Shown here in pieces: positions 61,612 to 64,000 of a DNA stretch of 64,000 nt; positions within the stretch are counted from its first letter, which is position 1; each line of letters starts with the position of its first letter. Source of the stretch: Octopus vulgaris (taxonomy: Eukaryota); contig OX597817.1 in assembly GCA_951406725.2 (NCBI GenBank), forward strand, positions 103,974,001-104,038,000. Reading direction: 5' to 3'. The notes beneath the pieces are model-generated. The model did no database searches and was not told the DNA's origin. It saw only the letters and a program-made list of their open reading frames with translations. A program made the translations under genes and the position numbers.

Positions 61612-61660
61612 AGATGTTCCAAAAGAAGAAAACTGTGTATATGTGAACAAGGTCTTGTTT
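61612..61660 (-). CDS. CDC45: CDC45 exon (49 nt; most 5' exon found in the window)
   Basis: NKTLFTYTQFSSFGTS, compared with human RDILFDYEQYEYHGTS. ATTTCAG / GTAAGT. It ends in phase 0, matching the next exon. Confidence 0.88.
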
Positions 61661-63562
61661 CTGAAATACAATGAAACTGATATTGATTCAAACATTCTAA
61701 TCTCTAAATATAAATTAAATCAACTGTTTATAATATAGTTGTGCAGTGGTCATGAGTTTAAGGTACTGATATATTGGTTTCAAATTTTGGCACAAGGCCA
61801 GTGCTCAAATTTTGGCACAACCCCAGTGCTCAACTGGTACTTATTTTATTGACCCTGAAAGGACAAAAGGCAAAATCGACCAAGACAGAATTTGAATTCA
61901 GGACATAGAGATGGTTAAAATACCACTAAGCATTTTGCCTCGCATACTAATGATTCAGCCAGCTTGCCACTTGAAAGGTACTGACATATTATCCTATAGT
62001 TTGACTAAAGCTATTATGTTGTCCATCTATCCATTCATCCATTTTCTCCGCCCACTATGGGGAGGGGTGGGGATTATTATGGTAGTGTCCTCAGGCTCCT
62101 TCTCCATAAGATCCTATCAGAAGCAACTGTCATTACACTTTCTAGTTGGGTTCCCAACCATCTCATTATTGATCTATCCCAAAGTGTCCTGTCAGTTGTC
62201 AAATCCTTAAAATGTGTTACATTGCTTTAATCTTTTCTACAGTTAAGAATTTATAAAGTATTTTTCATACCATATTCTGTCACATGGTAAGAATACACTA
62301 TACATTTTCAGCTACAACATTTGAAGAGGCATTTATTTTAAATCTCATGAAAATTTGAACAAATTCAATCAAACATCTGTTTCCTAGATTATTTCAGCAA
62401 CATTCCAAAGGATTACAATTTAACACGGCTATTTTCCATAAATATACATAACCAAGCTTTTTTTTCTAATAGAAAGAGAAAGAAACCTCACTATATCAAG
62501 AAATGGAAATTAAACCCAGCCACATTGAGAAAAGGAAGGAAACCTAACCAAAATGACTTATCTATAATTTTTTTATTTTTGTGTACATTAAATTCAAAAC
62601 AGTTTCTTCACACGACTTTGCTTTACAATTTATAAATATCCTTTATATATGACTAATCTAAATTGGTCATATGAGAGGACATTTTTGAAATTGCATCCAA
62701 AGTAAATTAGGATTATTATTTAATCCCAGATCAGTCCCTTGATACAGACTTATCCAGACACAACGTATCAGTGAATTGGCAGTCATAACAGCATGACAGA
62801 AAGCTTTATGGTATTTGCTCTGGTTCTCTGCATTTTGAGTTCAAATTCTTTCAAGGTCAACTCTGCTTCTCATCCTTTCGAAGGTTGATAAAATAGTAGC
62901 AGTCCAGGGCTGTGGATTGGTAGAAGTGTGAGAACATTGGACAGGATGCTTTGCAGTATCTGTTCTGGGACTTTGCATTCTAATGGCATTACTTGCAACA
63001 ACACTGATGCCAAGCTGTATTGGTCCTTGTCTTTTAGATGGACAATATCAATAGCATGGAAAGGAGAGGCTTGCAACTATGGATAACTGCTAGTCTTTCA
63101 TAAAACTTGACTCCCAGCTTGCACCTTAGCAAGAAACTTTCAAGTCAGAGCCATAGACTGATGAGACACAGAAAAACTTCAAATAGAGTGTTTTGATAGG
63201 TGTTGAGAGGCTAAAATATGAAAGAGGAACAGACATGGGTGTTTTGCTATATAGACGACTTATATTGCTACTCTGCACTATATAAGGGTTGGGATTAGCT
63301 AGAAAGAAGACAATGATTGTGGTGGTGAAGTGTCAGGGTATGCTCTTGAAATTCAAGGTGAGAATAAGAGAGAATACAGACAAAATATTTGGAGGGGTGG
63401 GTGGATAAGTTCATTAGAGTATGAGAGGAAGGTCACAGATGGTTAGAGGTGAATGGAACGAAGGTGGAAGTAAAGTCAATGATAAATATCAGAATTGATG
63501 TGGGGAAGGTGAAAGAAATAGGAGTAGCTCAGAAAGGATGTGGTGGCAAGAAACAGTACAGG

Positions 63563-63790
63563 CAGCAAGCTGGCAGAAACGTCAGCATGCTGGGCGAAAT
63601 GCTTAGAGGTATTTTGTTTGCCGCTACGTTCTGAGTTAAAATTCCGCCAAGGTTGACTTTGCCTTTCATCCTTTCAGGATTGATTAAATAAGTACCAGTT
63701 ACACACTGTCGTTGATATAATTGACTCAATCCGTTTGTCTGTCCTTGTTTGTCCCCTTTGTGTGTAGCCCCTTGTGGGCAGTAAAGAAAT
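63563..63790 (+). mobile_element. Nin/Deu-core SINE with 15-bp TSD
   Basis: TSD AAGAAACAGTACAGG at 63548-63562 and 63791-63805. Confidence 0.9.
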
Positions 63791-64000
63791 AAGAAACAGT
63801 ACAGGAAGGGTGGAGAGCAGCAGAATAATGAAGTTGTAACAGATCAGAGAGAAAGGAGATGATGTGCAAGGTGAGTGAGAGAGAGAGACAGAGAGAGAGA
63901 TACAATGATAGAGGCAAATGTCAGAAGTATATCAAGGACAAAGTATGTTTGACAGGAGATATGAGAGGGTTCCAAGAATGATAGCAAATAACAGACGGTG

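Overview
AT-rich, repeat-dense animal genomic DNA. The SINE/RTE repertoire strongly suggests an octopus (coleoid cephalopod); this is recognition of repeat families, not a database result. One host gene is well supported: the 3' part of CDC45 on the minus strand. It has 12 coding exons (61660->31286) with GT-AG boundaries and consistent phases, a stop at 31286-31288 and a poly(A) signal at about 31140; its 5' exons lie beyond the window. A CpG-retaining, ETS-motif promoter with a probable non-coding first exon of a second minus-strand gene lies at about 15.5-15.8 kb. The rest is mobile-element debris: many RTE LINEs (with a PHD-like finger inside the RT), one young CR1/L2-group LINE, three Penelope-like loci carrying hammerhead ribozyme motifs (one apparently intact), a Helitron cluster, a Mariner interrupted by a hAT MITE, piggyBac- and mariner-type MITEs, foldback elements and at least three tRNA-derived SINE families. 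No CRISPR arrays, rRNA or true tRNA genes were seen. Repeat boundaries are approximate unless a TSD or TIR is quoted.
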